The notes under the pieces: generated by a model
What the model saw: only the letters and a program-made list of their open reading frames with translations
The model's database searches: none
What the model was told of the DNA's origin: nothing
DNA from: Azolla caroliniana
Lineage: Eukaryota; Plantae; Polypodiophyta
Length of the DNA stretch: 64,000 nucleotides
NCBI GenBank assembly: GCA_043228905.1
Contig: JBHGNT010000014.1
Coordinates: 9,114,001 to 9,178,000 of the forward strand
Direction: 5' to 3'
Program-made: the position numbers and the translations under genes
Shown: piece after piece, positions 39,634-53,300 of the stretch
How positions within the stretch are numbered: the first letter of the stretch is position 1
Layout: the number at the start of each line of letters is the position of its first letter

Positions 39634-40789
39634 AAATGTTGGTGGTTGGGTATGTGAATGAGAAAATCGAGTCCAATAATCCCATCATTAAATGCCAAAT
39701 ATAGTTGTTGGGAGCCTATTCCGTCATTTGTTTGTCTATGTTCCTATTTCTATGCATATATGTTATTTGTTTGGCTTGGGAGCCTATTGCGTGTTTCGCA
39801 GTGCATATAGAGTTTCCAAAACTCTAACATTCTGTTCATCTGCGTCCTTATTGTAATTTTGGCATGGATAAATGAAGATAAAATTAGTTCTGGGTACTGA
39901 AGGTATTTGCCTTAAGGTTCTGGCTGACACTAGGAAAAAAGCAATACACAACATCAAATGAATGGGAAATATGGAATGTCCAAGATAAAGTTGGACTGTG
40001 GAAATCTTACTTCTTGCAGACGACAAAGAAGCATATTTTCATTCAATGGCTCACCACAACTGCTTGAATGCAGGTGAAGTTGAACGAGCTATATGAGCTA
40101 TATGCTGGTGCGACAGTGTTACATACATTAGGTGCATTATTCAATATGTGTGTTATAGGAAGACGAAATGTCCTTACCCTTCCAGATACCAGGGAGGAGA
40201 CTATGGATGATATTGTTAACGCTGACAACCTCATCCCAAAGTTTATAAAGATAAGCTTGATACGAATCAAGATTCCCGAATAGTGGGAAACATTCACTAA
40301 TATAATACAAAATATTAAATCGGTTTAGGGTTGAGTGAAAGGGGGGAGGGACAGTGGGGATAAACTTATCAAACCGTGGGATTGCAACAGAACCGTCGTT
40401 CAAAGTTACATGCAAAGAATAGTCAAGAAGAAAGGAAAAGCTGCAAACCCAGAACCACATAAACCTTCCAAATGCCAAGACCTTCTGTCAAACAAACGAG
40501 TAACAAGAATAATTGATAGAGAAATTATACATGGAACTCGTCAAAGTGGTAGCTTATAACAAGTAGCCATTGTAAAGGGATGAACATATAGAAAGAGTGT
40601 GTCATTTTAAACAAGTTGAACTAAATAAAGTGAGCTAACCACAAGCACACAATGTTGAATTCCAAGAACTTAGTAAGGATCAATGTGAATATTCCTTAGA
40701 CAATGGAGCATATCAGAATTAAAAAGTATACATTGGAGCGTATCATATCAATACCAATCAAGAAAGACATGAGATCATGATACCTAATT

Positions 40790-42247
40790 TCTTGATAGAG
40801 GTGTAGGTGCACATCACCTTATATAAGAAGGGTGAGATCGAGTATCAAGAATTGTAAAGGCAAGCTTTTGAATGAAGAGACGAGAAGAAAAGAAATGGGT
40901 GCCTCATCTCAATTAGAAACAAATGTGGCACGAGACACTAGTAGAGGAAGGAGCATAGAGAGGTGTTCTCAAAATTGAGACAAGTCCAAAGGGAGATCAA
41001 AGTCTATAGGAAAACTCACGTGTTTCTATGTGGGAAATCGGGCCATTTCCAAAAGAATTGCCGGCATTTCAAGAGACACAAGAGAAATAATGTTAGTACA
41101 AAGTAGAGAAAAACTTTAAATGAGAAAAATACGTCAACTATAGTAACCAGTGAAGAGGAGTTTGTGTGAACCTTGTTAGTGATAAATGCATTTGGGTGGC
41201 TCATGCAGGATTGTTGGCATGGAAAATGTATGTCTAACGACATCCACTAGTTGCAACATGATATTGAGAGATGTGTGCCATGTTCCTGATGTCAGATTGA
41301 ATTCGATATCTTCAAGACGACTTGATGTTGAAGGTTATAATGGTGCCTTTCAAAAGGGTCACTATATGGAAGTTCCTCAAAGGAAGTTTGACAGTTGCTC
41401 GAGCACACAAACATAATAGTAACACTGTATGTGATGCAAGAAAAATTGTGTATAGAAGAAGCAAATGTGGTGGTCAACTCAGCCGGTGAGTTATGGCAGA
41501 AAAGGCTCGGTCACATAAGTGAGAGGTGGCTACAAATGCTAGCTAAGAAGGACGTCATCTCGGAAGTGAAAGGTATGTGCCTAAAACGTTGTGTTGATTG
41601 CTTAGCTGGAAAACAAAACAGAGCATCCTTTCATTCTAGACCTCCAATGAGGAAAAGACATGCATTAGAGTTGGTTCATACCAATGTATGTTACATGGAT
41701 GCCAAGTCACATTGTGGTGCACAATATTTTGTGACTTTTATTGATGATTACAATAGAAAGTTGTGGGCTTTTGCGTTGAAAAGCAAAGACCAAGTGCTGT
41801 TTGCGTTCAAGGAATTTCATGCCAGAGTTGAGAGAGAATTAAGACAAAAATTGAAGAAGGATGTCATGACAGATACTGGCGGAGAATACAGGGGTCATTT
41901 TGAGCAATATTGCGAAAGTCAAGGGATTAAGCTCAAGTATACAATGCCCAAGACAACACAAATGAATGGGCTTGCAGAGAGGATGAATAGGACCATAGTG
42001 GAGAGATTGAGAAGCATGTTGTCACATGCTAAGTTCTAGAAGTCATATTGGGCAGAGACAATGATGACAGTGTGTACCTCATAAATATATCTACTTCAAT
42101 ACCTCTAGATGGTGATGTTCCATAGAGGGTTTGGATTGGAAGAGATGTATCCTACAAGCATATAAGGGTCTCTGGATGCTTAGCATACATGCATATTGCT
42201 AAAGATCAGAGATCGAAACTTGACAGCAAGACTAAGCCACACATCTT
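40790..42247 (+). mobile_element. Degenerate Ty1/Copia fragment (end of gag, GAG-pre-integrase, integrase), related to element B
   Basis: Zinc-knuckle remnant near 41020. ORF 41395-42039 contains LWQKRLGHISE, QYFVTFIDDY and NGLAERMNRTIVE. Confidence 0.85.
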
Positions 42248-42507
42248 TGAAAAGAGTTATGTGTGGAAGCTCATAGACACAACCGCCGATCCGGATCACG
42301 TTGAGCTTGATTACTCAACAACCCCCCGTCAAGCTCAACTTGAGGTTGGAATGTAGTATTCATTATAGTTGTTGCCGGTTCTTGCTTCCGACTTCTCTTG
42401 GCGTCATCACGCCTCACCCGCACTCCTTGACCTGTCCGGTTTTGCGCACCTTTACCTTCTCGATTGGTTTGTCTGCTCATTAGGCCCTTTGCTGCTCACC
42501 CCTCGTC
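42248..42507 (-). mobile_element. Copia family D 3' fragment with an internally collapsed LTR of about 72 bp
   Basis: tgaaaagagttatgtgtggaagc (LTR end) is joined to ttgagcttgattactcaaca (LTR start), followed by the PPT complement and a QPQVELDG-type extension. Confidence 0.65.
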
Positions 42508-45500
42508 TGTTATGATATGGCAAGACTTGAACCCATGACCTTATGTTACATGGGTCAAGCTCTTGACCATTAGACTATATGTTGTAATATGAAGGATATT
42601 ATTTTCATTTAAATTTTACTATAGAAAATTGATGTACACTCCAGATTTCTCTGGAACATTCTAGAAACTTCAAGAGTACTCCTGAGAACACTATAAAAGG
42701 AGGCACAAGGCATTTTTTGAACCAAATCGATTCAACACCAGTCTTAATCCTCCTAGCCATCCTTGTATATTCTTTTCATATAATATATCGCTGTCATCAT
42801 CATTCTCTCTCTCTCTCTCTATCCTTCTCTCGAGTGTTCTACACCCTCTTTTCCTCTTAGTACTAATATTCATCTCTTAGTACTAATTTTCTCTCTATCT
42901 CAATACTATTCCTGACAATTTGAACTGATTTCTCTCACCTCTTTCCTCCTCTTCGTTTTATCTTTTCTTATGTTCCCCCCCCTTCATACTAATATCTTAT
43001 TCCTCTTTCCTCTCATCCTATGGACACAGTTAGCGCTCAAGAATATCAATCCGTTTTCTCGGAGCTACAATGCTGGAAAGAGAAGTTCCTTGCTTTGAAA
43101 CAAAAAAATCAATGGTTGTTGGGGGATCTTCAACAAATCTCCTTAGAAAAGCAGTAGACGCAACAACAACATTGGGAACTAGCGTTACGCGTGCAACAAC
43201 TCGAAGCAACCATAGTAGCGATGCAAGAAGAAGGACCCAATACACAAGGGATTCATAAAGAACCCAAGATTGGTCTTCCCATGAAATTCGATGGAACACG
43301 ATCGCAGTTTAGAGGATTCTTTAATCAGGTACGATTAGTCATTCAAATGCATCCTTCCTGATATCCCACCGATGCATCATGAGTGGGTTTAGTAGGCATC
43401 ATGTTAAGTGGCTCAGCTTTGGCATGGTTCGCTCCGTTGTTAGGAAATGTATCTCCTTTACTAAACAATTTTGAAGAGTTTTTAAGTGAGTTTAAAGCCT
43501 CTTTTGGAGACATTGACAACATAAGGACAACAATCAACAACATCTGACGATTACATCAAGGTGATCATCCAGCCTTTGCATAGGCTGCAGATTTCCTCTA
43601 CTCACCTCTAATATCCCCTAGGATGACCAAGCACTAATGGAGCAATTTCATTATGGTCTACGTAACGATGTCAAGGATTTACTCTTGACCTTCCCCGAAG
43701 AACCAAAGTCATTGACAGAAGCAATCAGTCGTGCGGTGAGATGCGACAACCGTTTTTTCGAATGATGTTCGGAACGTCAGTTCCAGATGCCAAGGGCAAG
43801 ATTAGAGCCCACCTACGCCTCCGTGGTAGCAAAACCTTTTCCAAAGGAGTCATATAATGTGTCTCTAGTGAATACTCCAACTCCGATGAAAATTGACACT
43901 ACACGTCGTCGTAGACCATTAGCGGAAGAAGAAAAGCAGTGACGCCGAGCAAATCGACCATGTCTTTACTGAGGTGGACTATGGCATATTGCAATGATCT
44001 GTCCCCATAGACCAAGAAGACAGGTAAATCAAATAGTTGCTAGTTCTAATTGTACTAAACCCGAGTCTATTTCAGTAGGAATATCAGATAGTCCTAATAC
44101 ATAGTACTAATAGCCCAAATCTATCGAACAAATTTGATGTCCTTTGTCAGTTAGAAGAAGAGTTAAACGACTAAGTCTAGCCAAAATAGGAGCCGTTTGG
44201 TTGTACAACCCTAGATCTATGTAGCCCATTAGTGGTTCCATTCCCCCTAAGCAAGTTAGTAATGTGTTCTTAGCCCAAGTAACAGTTAGTACTAAAAGTA
44301 CCTCTCTAGTACATGTCTCAGCACTCCTAGATTCCGGAGCTAATTCTTGCTTCATGGATAGGAATTTTGCCCAAGCTCATTAGATATCCCTAAGAAAACT
44401 CTCGTGTCCAGCCTCTGTAGTAGTCATTGATGGTCGTCCCATTGCTTTCGGAAATATCATAGAAGAGTCAGAGCTCGTTAATATTGTCCTAGATAATTTA
44501 GCGTGTGTAGTATCATTTAATATAATTAGTATCCTAGAACATCCCATTGTTTTGGGATTGCCGTGGTTCGAATTACATAACCCAGACATAGATTGGAGAA
44601 CAAGAGAAATCCGGTATGACAAACTTGAGGATCTACTTATAAGATTGCAACCATTTCGCTACATTAATTGGGTGAGGAAGAACGCAAGGAAGAAATGTTT
44701 CTCTTCAGTATTAGTAAAACCCTCGAACACCACTAAAGAGGAGTCCAACGTTCAACTTCCAAAGAAGTATTGTCATTATGCCGATGTGTTCGATAAAGTA
44801 CAAGCCAATACACTTCCTCACCATTGACCGTATGATTGCCCCATCGATTTACAACCGGGAAAAGAGCCACCATGGGGACCGATCTACAATTTGTCACCAA
44901 CCGAGCTAGAAGTTCTTCAAGCCTATATAGAGGAGAATTTGGCAAATGGTTTCATTCGACATTCAAAATCTCCAGCCGGCGCACCCATTTTCTTCGTCAA
45001 GAAAAATGATGGATCACTTTGTCTCGTCGTAGATTATTGTGGCTTGAATAAGGTCACCATCAGGAATAGGTACATGCACTTCCCCTTATCTCAAGTCTAT
45101 TAGAACAGATCAATGGTGCAAGGTTCTTCACAAAGATCGACTTACGAGGAGCATGCAACCTTGTACGGATCTGATTAGGAGATGAATGGAAGAACATGTT
45201 TCGCACCAGATATGGGCACTTCGAGTATACGATCATGCCATTCGGCCTCACTAATGCACCAACAGTCTTCCAACACATGGCAAATGATATATTCCAAGAT
45301 CTCTTATATGTTTGTTTGATCATCTATTTGGATGATCTATTGGTTTATTTGAAGACCCAAGAAGAGCATGATTCTCATGTACTGTTAGTACTAAAATGAC
45401 TTCGAGAACATGGTCTATATGCAAAGCTGGAAAAATGTAGTTTCGGGTGCAACTAGGCAAAATTTCTGGGCTATGTCATTTCCTCGGAAGGCATCTGCAT

Positions 45501-47653
45501 GGATCCAGCTAACGTCAAAATGGTGGTAGAGTGGCAGACTCCGCGTTTGTTGCGAGATGTGCAATGCTTTTTAGGCTTTGCCAATTTCTACCGCAAGTTT
45601 ATATAGGATTACTCAAAGCTTGTTCTACCTCTCACACAGCTTACCAGGAAGGGACAATCGTTCATTTGGTCTGAAGAAGCATACATGGTTTTTGAGAGTC
45701 TTAAGAAGACATTTACATCAGCTCCTATTCTAGCTCATGTTGATCGGGAAAAACCATTCATCATTGAATCAAATGCGTCTGATTTCGCCTTGGGTAGCAT
45801 TTTGTCACAACAAGGCGATGATGAAAAGCTACATCCTGTGGCTTTCCACTCACGCAAGTTTGACGCTGCCAAAATTAATTATGAAATTCATGATGAGGAG
45901 CTATTAGCAATAGTGGACTCTTTTACGCAATGGAGGCATTTTCTAGAGGGATCTTCTCATCAGGTCACCGTATTCAGTGATCACAAAATCCTTGCCTACT
46001 TTTAGAATGCTCGTGTGTTAAATCGACGTCAAGCTCGGTGGGCCCAATTCCTCACTCATTTCAACTTCAAAATTACATATCGTCCGGGGAAGCAACAAGG
46101 GAAGGCTGATGCATTATCACGACACTCGTATTTAGCACCGGGTCCTGGCGAGCCAACTTTCGATAACCAAAAGCAAGTAATCCTGGGACCGACACGACTA
46201 CAAGCAACGCAAGTCTTTGGTATGCCCTTGGATTCCAGCGTTATCGATACCATATGTGAGGACTTAAAGACAGATGCTTTCGCCCAAGCAATTCTAGCAC
46301 AAATTGATCCCTCTCGAGCATCTTGTTTACAGTCGTAACAACCAGGTATAGACTATCGACAATTCGAATGTCATGATGGATTACTATTCTAGATTGATAT
46401 ACGAAGATGGCCCATTTCCTACCATGCACTAAGGAAATCTTTAATGAAGAAACCGCCGAAATTGTCATGCGTGAAGTATGTCGGCATCATGGCCTTCCTG
46501 ATAGTATCATCAGCGACCATGGACCCCAAATCGTCTCGAAATTCTGGAAGCAGCTCTTTAAAATGTTCAACCGGCACGACGGCCAAACAGAACAAATAAA
46601 TCAAATGATGGAGCAGTATGTTCAGTGCTTTCTAAGCTATCATCAAGATGACTGGGCGGATATTCTCCACTTTGCCAAATTTGCGTATAATAACTTTGTC
46701 CACTCATCGACAAAGGTTACACCATTTTATGCTTATACGGGCTGTCACCCCCGGTGGTGTGTATTTGAAACCCTAGCACAAATCCTTGCACAAAGGATCG
46801 TTTGGAGCAGTTACACAAGATACAAGCGGATTTATCGACTCATCTATAGCAAGCTCAACAAACACACAAGGTTTACGTGGATCGTCATCGGCTTCCATTT
46901 AGTTTTAACATTGAAGATTGGGTATGGCTACTACGATGACACATCAAGACTACTTGCCCATGTGAGAAGTTGGATTATCGGCGATTAGGTCCTTTTCGTA
47001 TTATCAGAAAAATTAATGATGTCGTTTTTCGTCTCGATCTAGCTCCACAACTTCAGATACATCCGATGTTTCATAGTTCTCACCTCGAACCCTATCAAGA
47101 CAGCACCATCCCAGGTCGTATTAAACAACCTCCACCCCCGATCGAACTTGAAGATGGACCTGAGTACGAGGTCGCTACCATCGTCGATTCCAAGATTGTT
47201 CGCAACAAGCTCTACTATTTAGTCGATTAGCTAGGATATAGTCCCATCGAGCGTACTTGGGAACCAATAGAGAATGTGACCAATGCTCGTGCTCTTCTTG
47301 AAGACTTCCATCGTCAATATCTAGACAAACCGGTTCAATATCCAAAACGACTCCTGACACTCGTCGTTTTTAAGGAGGGATAGTGTCATGATATGGCAAG
47401 ACTCGAACCCATGAACTTATGTTACATGGGTGGAGCTGTTGACCATTAGACTACATGTTGTAATATAAAGAATATTATTTTCATTTAAGTTTTATAATAG
47501 AAAATTGATGTATATTCCAGATTTATTTGGAACATTCTAGAAACTTCAGGAGTACTCTTGACAACACTATAAAAGGAGGCACAAGGCATTATTTTGAACT
47601 AAATCAGTTCAACGCCAGTCTTAAGCCTCCTAGCCATCCTTGTATATTCTTTT
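42508..47653 (+). mobile_element. Tcn1-like Ty3/Gypsy chromovirus, family 2; 5' LTR 42508-42917, 3' LTR from 47384 interrupted at 47653
   Basis: Matching LTRs and PPT AAGGAGGGA. gag homologous to 54023-55024. [16 protein letters not shown] and IIYLDDLLVY, RNase H, partly deleted integrase, chromodomain EYEVATIVDSKIVRNKLYYLVD. Confidence 0.92.
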
Positions 47654-49846
47654 TGACGGGAACTGTACGCTCCCCTATACGCAACGCTCGGCCGCAACCA
47701 AGCTTAGATTCATGCACAGAAAACGGGAAATGAAAGCACGACACAAAGAGGAGAAGAGTACACGGGATGTTTACGTGGAAAACCCAAAGAGGGAAAAACC
47801 ACGGTAGCCCACAGGCTGCAAACTATCACTATGCTAGAATGTACAATAGTGAGTTCATGGAGGCAACGACCTCGTGCTCACGATCCTCGCCACAGGCGGC
47901 GGTTACAATAGAGGCAACGACCTCTTGCTCTCTCTCTCTCTCTCTTTGTACACTGTTACGCGCTCACTCTATTCTTGCACCAACAAGAATAATAACAACA
48001 ACAATCATCTAAAAGTTTGCCCTAAGTCATATTTATACTAATATGACTTTTCGGCTATTTACAAATATAGCCACGATGGGCTCTTCAGAAACATATTTAT
48101 GAATATGTCTCTTCATCCGGAGAGCATTCCTCACCGGGTCTACGCCATCCGGCTCTCCGTAGCCGGGTACTCCTCATCCGGTCCTCACCGGGTCTGCACC
48201 ATCCGACTCTCCGTAGCCGGGTACTCCTCATCCGGTCTTCACTGGGTCTGCATCATCCGGCTCTCCGTAGCCGGGTACTCCTCATCCGGTCCTCACCGGG
48301 TCTGCACCATCCGGCTCTCCGTAGCCGGGTACTCCTCATCCGGTCCTCACCGGGTCTGCACCATCCGGCTCTCCGTAGCTGGGTACTCCTCATCTGGTCT
48401 TCACCGGGTCTGCATCATCCGACTCTCCGTAGCCGGGTACTCCTCATCCGGTCCTCACCGGGTCTACACCATCCGGCTCTCCTCATCCGGTCTTCACCGG
48501 GTCTGCATCATCCGGCTCTCCGTAGTCGGGTACTCCTCACACGGTTTGTTCATCAACACTCTTCTTTTCTCTTCCCATCCGGAGGGACCTGTCTCCCAAC
48601 AAACTCCCCCTTCACTCCGGCATGGGGTGTCTTACTAGTCCGATCCGCTTCCGGCATGCATCCAGCTTGTCGGGTATCAGAACTTTGGTCAGCATATCTG
48701 ACCCGTTCTCGGTCGTGTGGATCTTTGTCAGTGCGAACTCCTGGTCATCTACTCTTTCCTGGATCCAGTGATATCTTCGCTGGATATGCTTCGTCCGGGA
48801 ATGGTAGGCCGCATTCTTAGCAAGATGGATGGCACTTTGACTGTCACAATAGAGTCGATATTCATCTTGCCGGATACCGAGCTCTCCGATGAAGTCCTTC
48901 ATCCATAATATTTCCTTGCCGGCTTCCACAGCTGCCATGTACTCCGCCTCCGTGGTTGACAATGCAACCGTCTTCTGCAGCCTCAACTGCCACGAAACAG
49001 CTCCCCCTGCATATGTCATTACATACCCGGATGTAGACCGACTGGTATCCACATCAGCCGACATGTCCGAATCGGTGAAACCGTCCAGTTGAGGTTTTCC
49101 AGAGCCGAATCAGAGACACATATTTGAAGTGCCCTTCAAATACCGGAGTATCCATTTGACCGCGTTCCAGTGCTCCTTGCCGGGATTGCTCATGAACCGG
49201 CCCACCACTCCGAATGCGTATCATATGTTCGGTCGGGTACAAACCATTGCGTACATTAAGCTCCCGACGGCAGAGGCATATGGAATCTTCATCATATTCG
49301 CCTTCTCTGCTTTCGTCTTCGGGCTTTGCTTACCGGATAACCTACAGTTTGCCGGAAGTGTTGATCCGACCGGTTTCGCATATGACATGTTGAACCGGTG
49401 AAGCACCTTTGTCACGTACTTCTCCTGTGACAGCTATAGTTGCTTCGCTGACCGGTTCTGGATAATATGCATCCCCAACATCTGTCTTGCCGGACCCAAG
49501 TCTTTCATTGAGAAGGTCCGGTTGAGAGCCTTCTTCAGCATCCGTATTTTGACTTGGTCCCGTCCGACGATCAACATGTCATCCACGTATAGGAGTATCA
49601 GGAAGTCGCCTCCTTCAAACTTCTTCACAAACACGTAGTGATCGGCCTGCGTCTTGTGGTACCCTTGATCAGTCATGAAGGAGTCGAACTGTCTGTACCA
49701 TTGCCGGGGGGCCTGCTTCAACCCGTAGAGGCTTTTCTTCAACCGGCATACCAGGTGCTCCTTCCCTTTCTCCATGAATCCCTCCGGTTGCTGCATGTAG
49801 ATCTCCTCTTCGAGGTCGCCGTGAAGGAATGCCGTCTTCACGTCGT
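47654..49846 (-). mobile_element. Ty1/Copia element E (related to B), 3' portion: RT, RNase H and a 948-bp 3' LTR (47654-48601)
   Basis: ORFs 49434-49841, 49221-49415 and 48612-49064 (KTAFLHGDLEEEIYM, YVDDML, ALSTTEAEY). PPT complement CTCCCCCTTC is adjacent to the LTR. Confidence 0.92.
48128..48540. repeat. 54-bp GC-rich minisatellite (about 7.5 copies) in U3 of the Copia E LTR
   Basis: Unit tcctcaccgggtctgcaccatccggctctccgtagccgggtactcctcatccgg. One copy has an internal deletion. Confidence 0.95.
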
Positions 49847-50164
49847 TGACTCTAAATTGGAAACACGAGCTTTTTCACCCACAAGCTAACTTATTTGTTT
49901 GATTCAATTATTCTCTAACTTTCTCTTCTTGATTGATTCCTTGTTTTCCTTGCCCCTCTTTATATAAGTGTTGCCATGCATATGGTAATGTATGGGAGCA
50001 TGGCATGCATGCAATGCATGAGTTACATGTAATGCATGATCGCCATTTGGCGCACATGTATTGCACGTGATGCATGGTAGCCATCATGCTCACTTGAGCT
50101 CCCATGTATGAAAATAGATATGGGATAAGTATAATGATGAAAATGTATTCTAAAATAACTAACC

Positions 50165-50357
50165 TAGCTTAGTGGTGTATACTTTGTGTTTGGCATACAA
50201 GGTTGAGAGTTCAAGTCTCTCACTTTTACTTAATACAATATATAGCTTCGTTCTTATATCATGAAGCACATTTATTACACACTTTTACAAATATATAGCT
50301 TAGCCTAGTGTTATGTACATTGTACTTCGTATATAAGGATGTGGGTTCAAGTCTCTC
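50165..50357 (+). other. Two tandem tRNA-like modules (50165-50221 and 50301-50357) in the Gypsy F LTR, repeated at 62239-62295 and 62375-62431
   Basis: A box TAGCTTAGTGG, anticodon-like arm TTGTG-TTTGGCA-TACAA, T arm GAGAG-TTCAAGT-CTCTC. No acceptor stem, so not a functional tRNA gene. Confidence 0.75.
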
Positions 50358-53300
50358 AAATATTATTAAATACAACATTTAAGCTCATTTTTATATCGTG
50401 AAGCACATTCTTCACGACACCCAGCCCCTCTGAACTTGCACATTGGTTGTGCAGAGTTCATCCAACACTTCTTCCGATTCTTTTAGTTCTTCTACTTCTT
50501 CATAAAATTCGGGCTCTAATGACTTCCTCCTTTTAAATATTTTAATTCTTTTTCCTGCAATTGGGATACGAATTTCTGTCCCATCTAATTCATTGAGGAA
50601 ATATGTGGCTTTATCTGTTATTTTCCTAACTTCATAAGGTCCAAACCATCTTTTTGCAAACTTCCGAATAGTACTATATTGATTATCTAGGCTACTATCA
50701 TATACTAATACCCAATCTCCCTCTTGCACCTTTCTTGGTCGTATTCTTTTCATCTTGTCAAATCTGTCCTTATTCTTGATTCTTGCCTCTTTCAATCTAG
50801 TAGCTACTTTTTCTATGTCTTCTGTCCTTGATTGAAGTTGTCTTATTCGAACCGCAAGTAAATCTTCCCTACTCATTTCCGATTCCCAAGGCAACACAAC
50901 CCATGTAGTTATCTTTTCTTCAATTGGCATTATTGGCTTTTGTCCTGTGATTAATTCTGTAGGCATATATCTAGTAACGGTGTTGTGAGTTGTCCTATTA
51001 GCCCATAGTGCATAGGGTAAGATTTTTGGCCAATCACTAACCCGTCCTTTACATGCCTTTGCCAAAGCTTTGACTATTGACCCATGTCCCCTTTCTATCT
51101 TCCCATTAACTTCCAGATTGTACGCCGTTGTCAAAGAAAGCTGAATTCCTACTTTGTCAAAAAAATCTTGAGCTTCCGAAGAATTGAGCTCTCCCCTATC
51201 TGCCACTATCTTCCCAATACATCCATATCTACAAACAATGTCCTCCAAGATGAATTGGCATACTCCTAATGTCCCTTTCGTTCGCAGTGCATGTCCTTCC
51301 ACTTGATTTGTTAGATCTTCTCTTGCAAGAACCAAGTATCTCTTTTGTCCTACTCCAAGCGTCATTGTTACCAAATCTATCATCCACTTGTAATGCACCC
51401 CTGGTGAGTATGTTGGGTGTAACTCATCACAAAATTTTATATTTGAATAATATTGACAAGTGGGACAAGTTTCTACATACTTCTTTGTTTCCTCATAGTA
51501 TCGAGGCCACCAAAACCGTTCTTTAATCTTACTGAAAGTGGCCCACACTCCTCGATGACCAGCCCATTCTTTGTCATGCAACTCTCTCATTACCTCCTTT
51601 CTTTGCAGTTCAGAACCTATTACTCTTTGCGGGTTTCCAGTCTTGGTCTTTGGATGTCGCCATAGATATCCTTCATGCAGGAAGAACTTATGGGCTTTCT
51701 TGCAAAATTGCACGAATTCTTTTCCAGATCGACCTTTTTACTTTTTAGGGGTTTGTAGGTATTTCCCTATTTCCTTAAATTCTTCTTCATACTCCTCTTC
51801 TAGAAACTGCATCCCTCCTTCTCGGCTAATGCTTGTGGCAAGGACTATTTGTTCTTTGTCCTCATCGTCTGAGTGTGCAATATCCTCTTCCTTATACCTT
51901 GCTCTTGATAACATATCTGCTACTGCATTTTTATTCCCAGAGATATGTCTAACTTTAGGGTTGACTGATCTAATATAGATACACCATCTTAACATGGCTT
52001 GATCTGGAATATCACAATTAGCTATGATACCAAGAATAGGCAAACAATCTGTTTCTATTATTACTTCAGCACCAATTAAGTAATCTTTGTCTGACTTTAC
52101 TGCTATTATTATCCCCCATAGCTCTCTTTTCACCTCTGCATATTTTCTTTGTCGACCACTAAGAACCTTTGCTCCGAATCGGATTGGATACCTTTCTTTC
52201 CCATCTTGTTGGCTTATCACGCATCCAATTCCAATGGGACTAGAGTCTACTGTGAGATATATGGGTCGGGTGTAGTCAGGTTGCTTTAATGGTGGAGCTT
52301 GTGCTAAGTAGTACTTCAATTTCTTCATTTCCTCTGAATGCTCTTCACTCCATTCAAATGTCTCTCCTTTTCTTAGGAGTCTATATAAAGGTTCAGATAA
52401 ATGGGCATAATGTGGAATCCATTTATAGTAAAAAACACATACCCCAGAAACCTTCGTACTTCTGAGATGGATGTACATTCCTCTTGCATATTTTGAATTG
52501 CATTGACCTTGGTTGGGGATGGTTTTCTCCCGTATGGGCCACACATATGACCAACTATTAATATCTCTTTTGCCCCAAATATTGACTTCACCCCTAATAA
52601 GGTCAAATGCACTTCTTCCATCCTTGATAGCACCTTCTCACAATCCTTGATATGATCAACAACAAATTGACGGCAACCACTTTCGTCCAATTCCTCGTTC
52701 TTTTCTTCCTCCTTGCATCCCTTAATTGGAACATCATCTAGAAAAGGCATTGTAATATGAGGAATAAAAACACGAAGTACCTTGTTCATTCCATTCATCA
52801 TATGTGCCACTGAGTTGGTCACTCCTTGCGGCAAGGTACACATCCGTACTAACCCTATAGGTGTCTTGATAGAAGTTATATCTCGACTTTTGATAGCAAG
52901 TTGAAATTGATCATACTAGGAATAAAGGTCTCCCATTGAATATATAGCTCTTCATGCAAACATCTCAGCAAACTCATCCACAATTGGCCCTACTCCGAGT
53001 TTCGGATTGTTACCTTATTCACGGGTTGCAAATCTTGGCTAAATCGGAGTCGCCCATCTTTCTTTAACACAGTGAACCATTGACTCGAGTAAGGAGCGTT
53101 CGATGGTTCCAAGATACCCATCTTTATCTTTTCTTTTAGAAGTTCTAATAGTTGAGGGATTCTAGCCCTAGGCATGGGTATTGGCTTAAAGTTCCATGGA
53201 ATATGAGGAATAGTGAATATAACCATGGGCTCTACAATTTTTGGATCCACACACTCTATTTCCTCAGGTTGGAATGCGAACGCCTTTCCATGCCTTTTTA

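Noticed and set aside
40068-40283. 71-aa ORF as an exon of a host gene
   Set aside because: No recognisable domain and no consistent splice chain could be built.
48099-48638. 179-aa ORF with 18-aa repeats, or a CRISPR-like array
   Set aside because: It is the translation of a head-to-tail 54-bp minisatellite inside an LTR, with no unique spacers and no cas genes.
50165-50221. Functional tRNA-Pro(TGG) gene
   Set aside because: There is no pairing acceptor stem and the D arm is weak. It lies inside both LTRs, so it is reported as a tRNA-like module.
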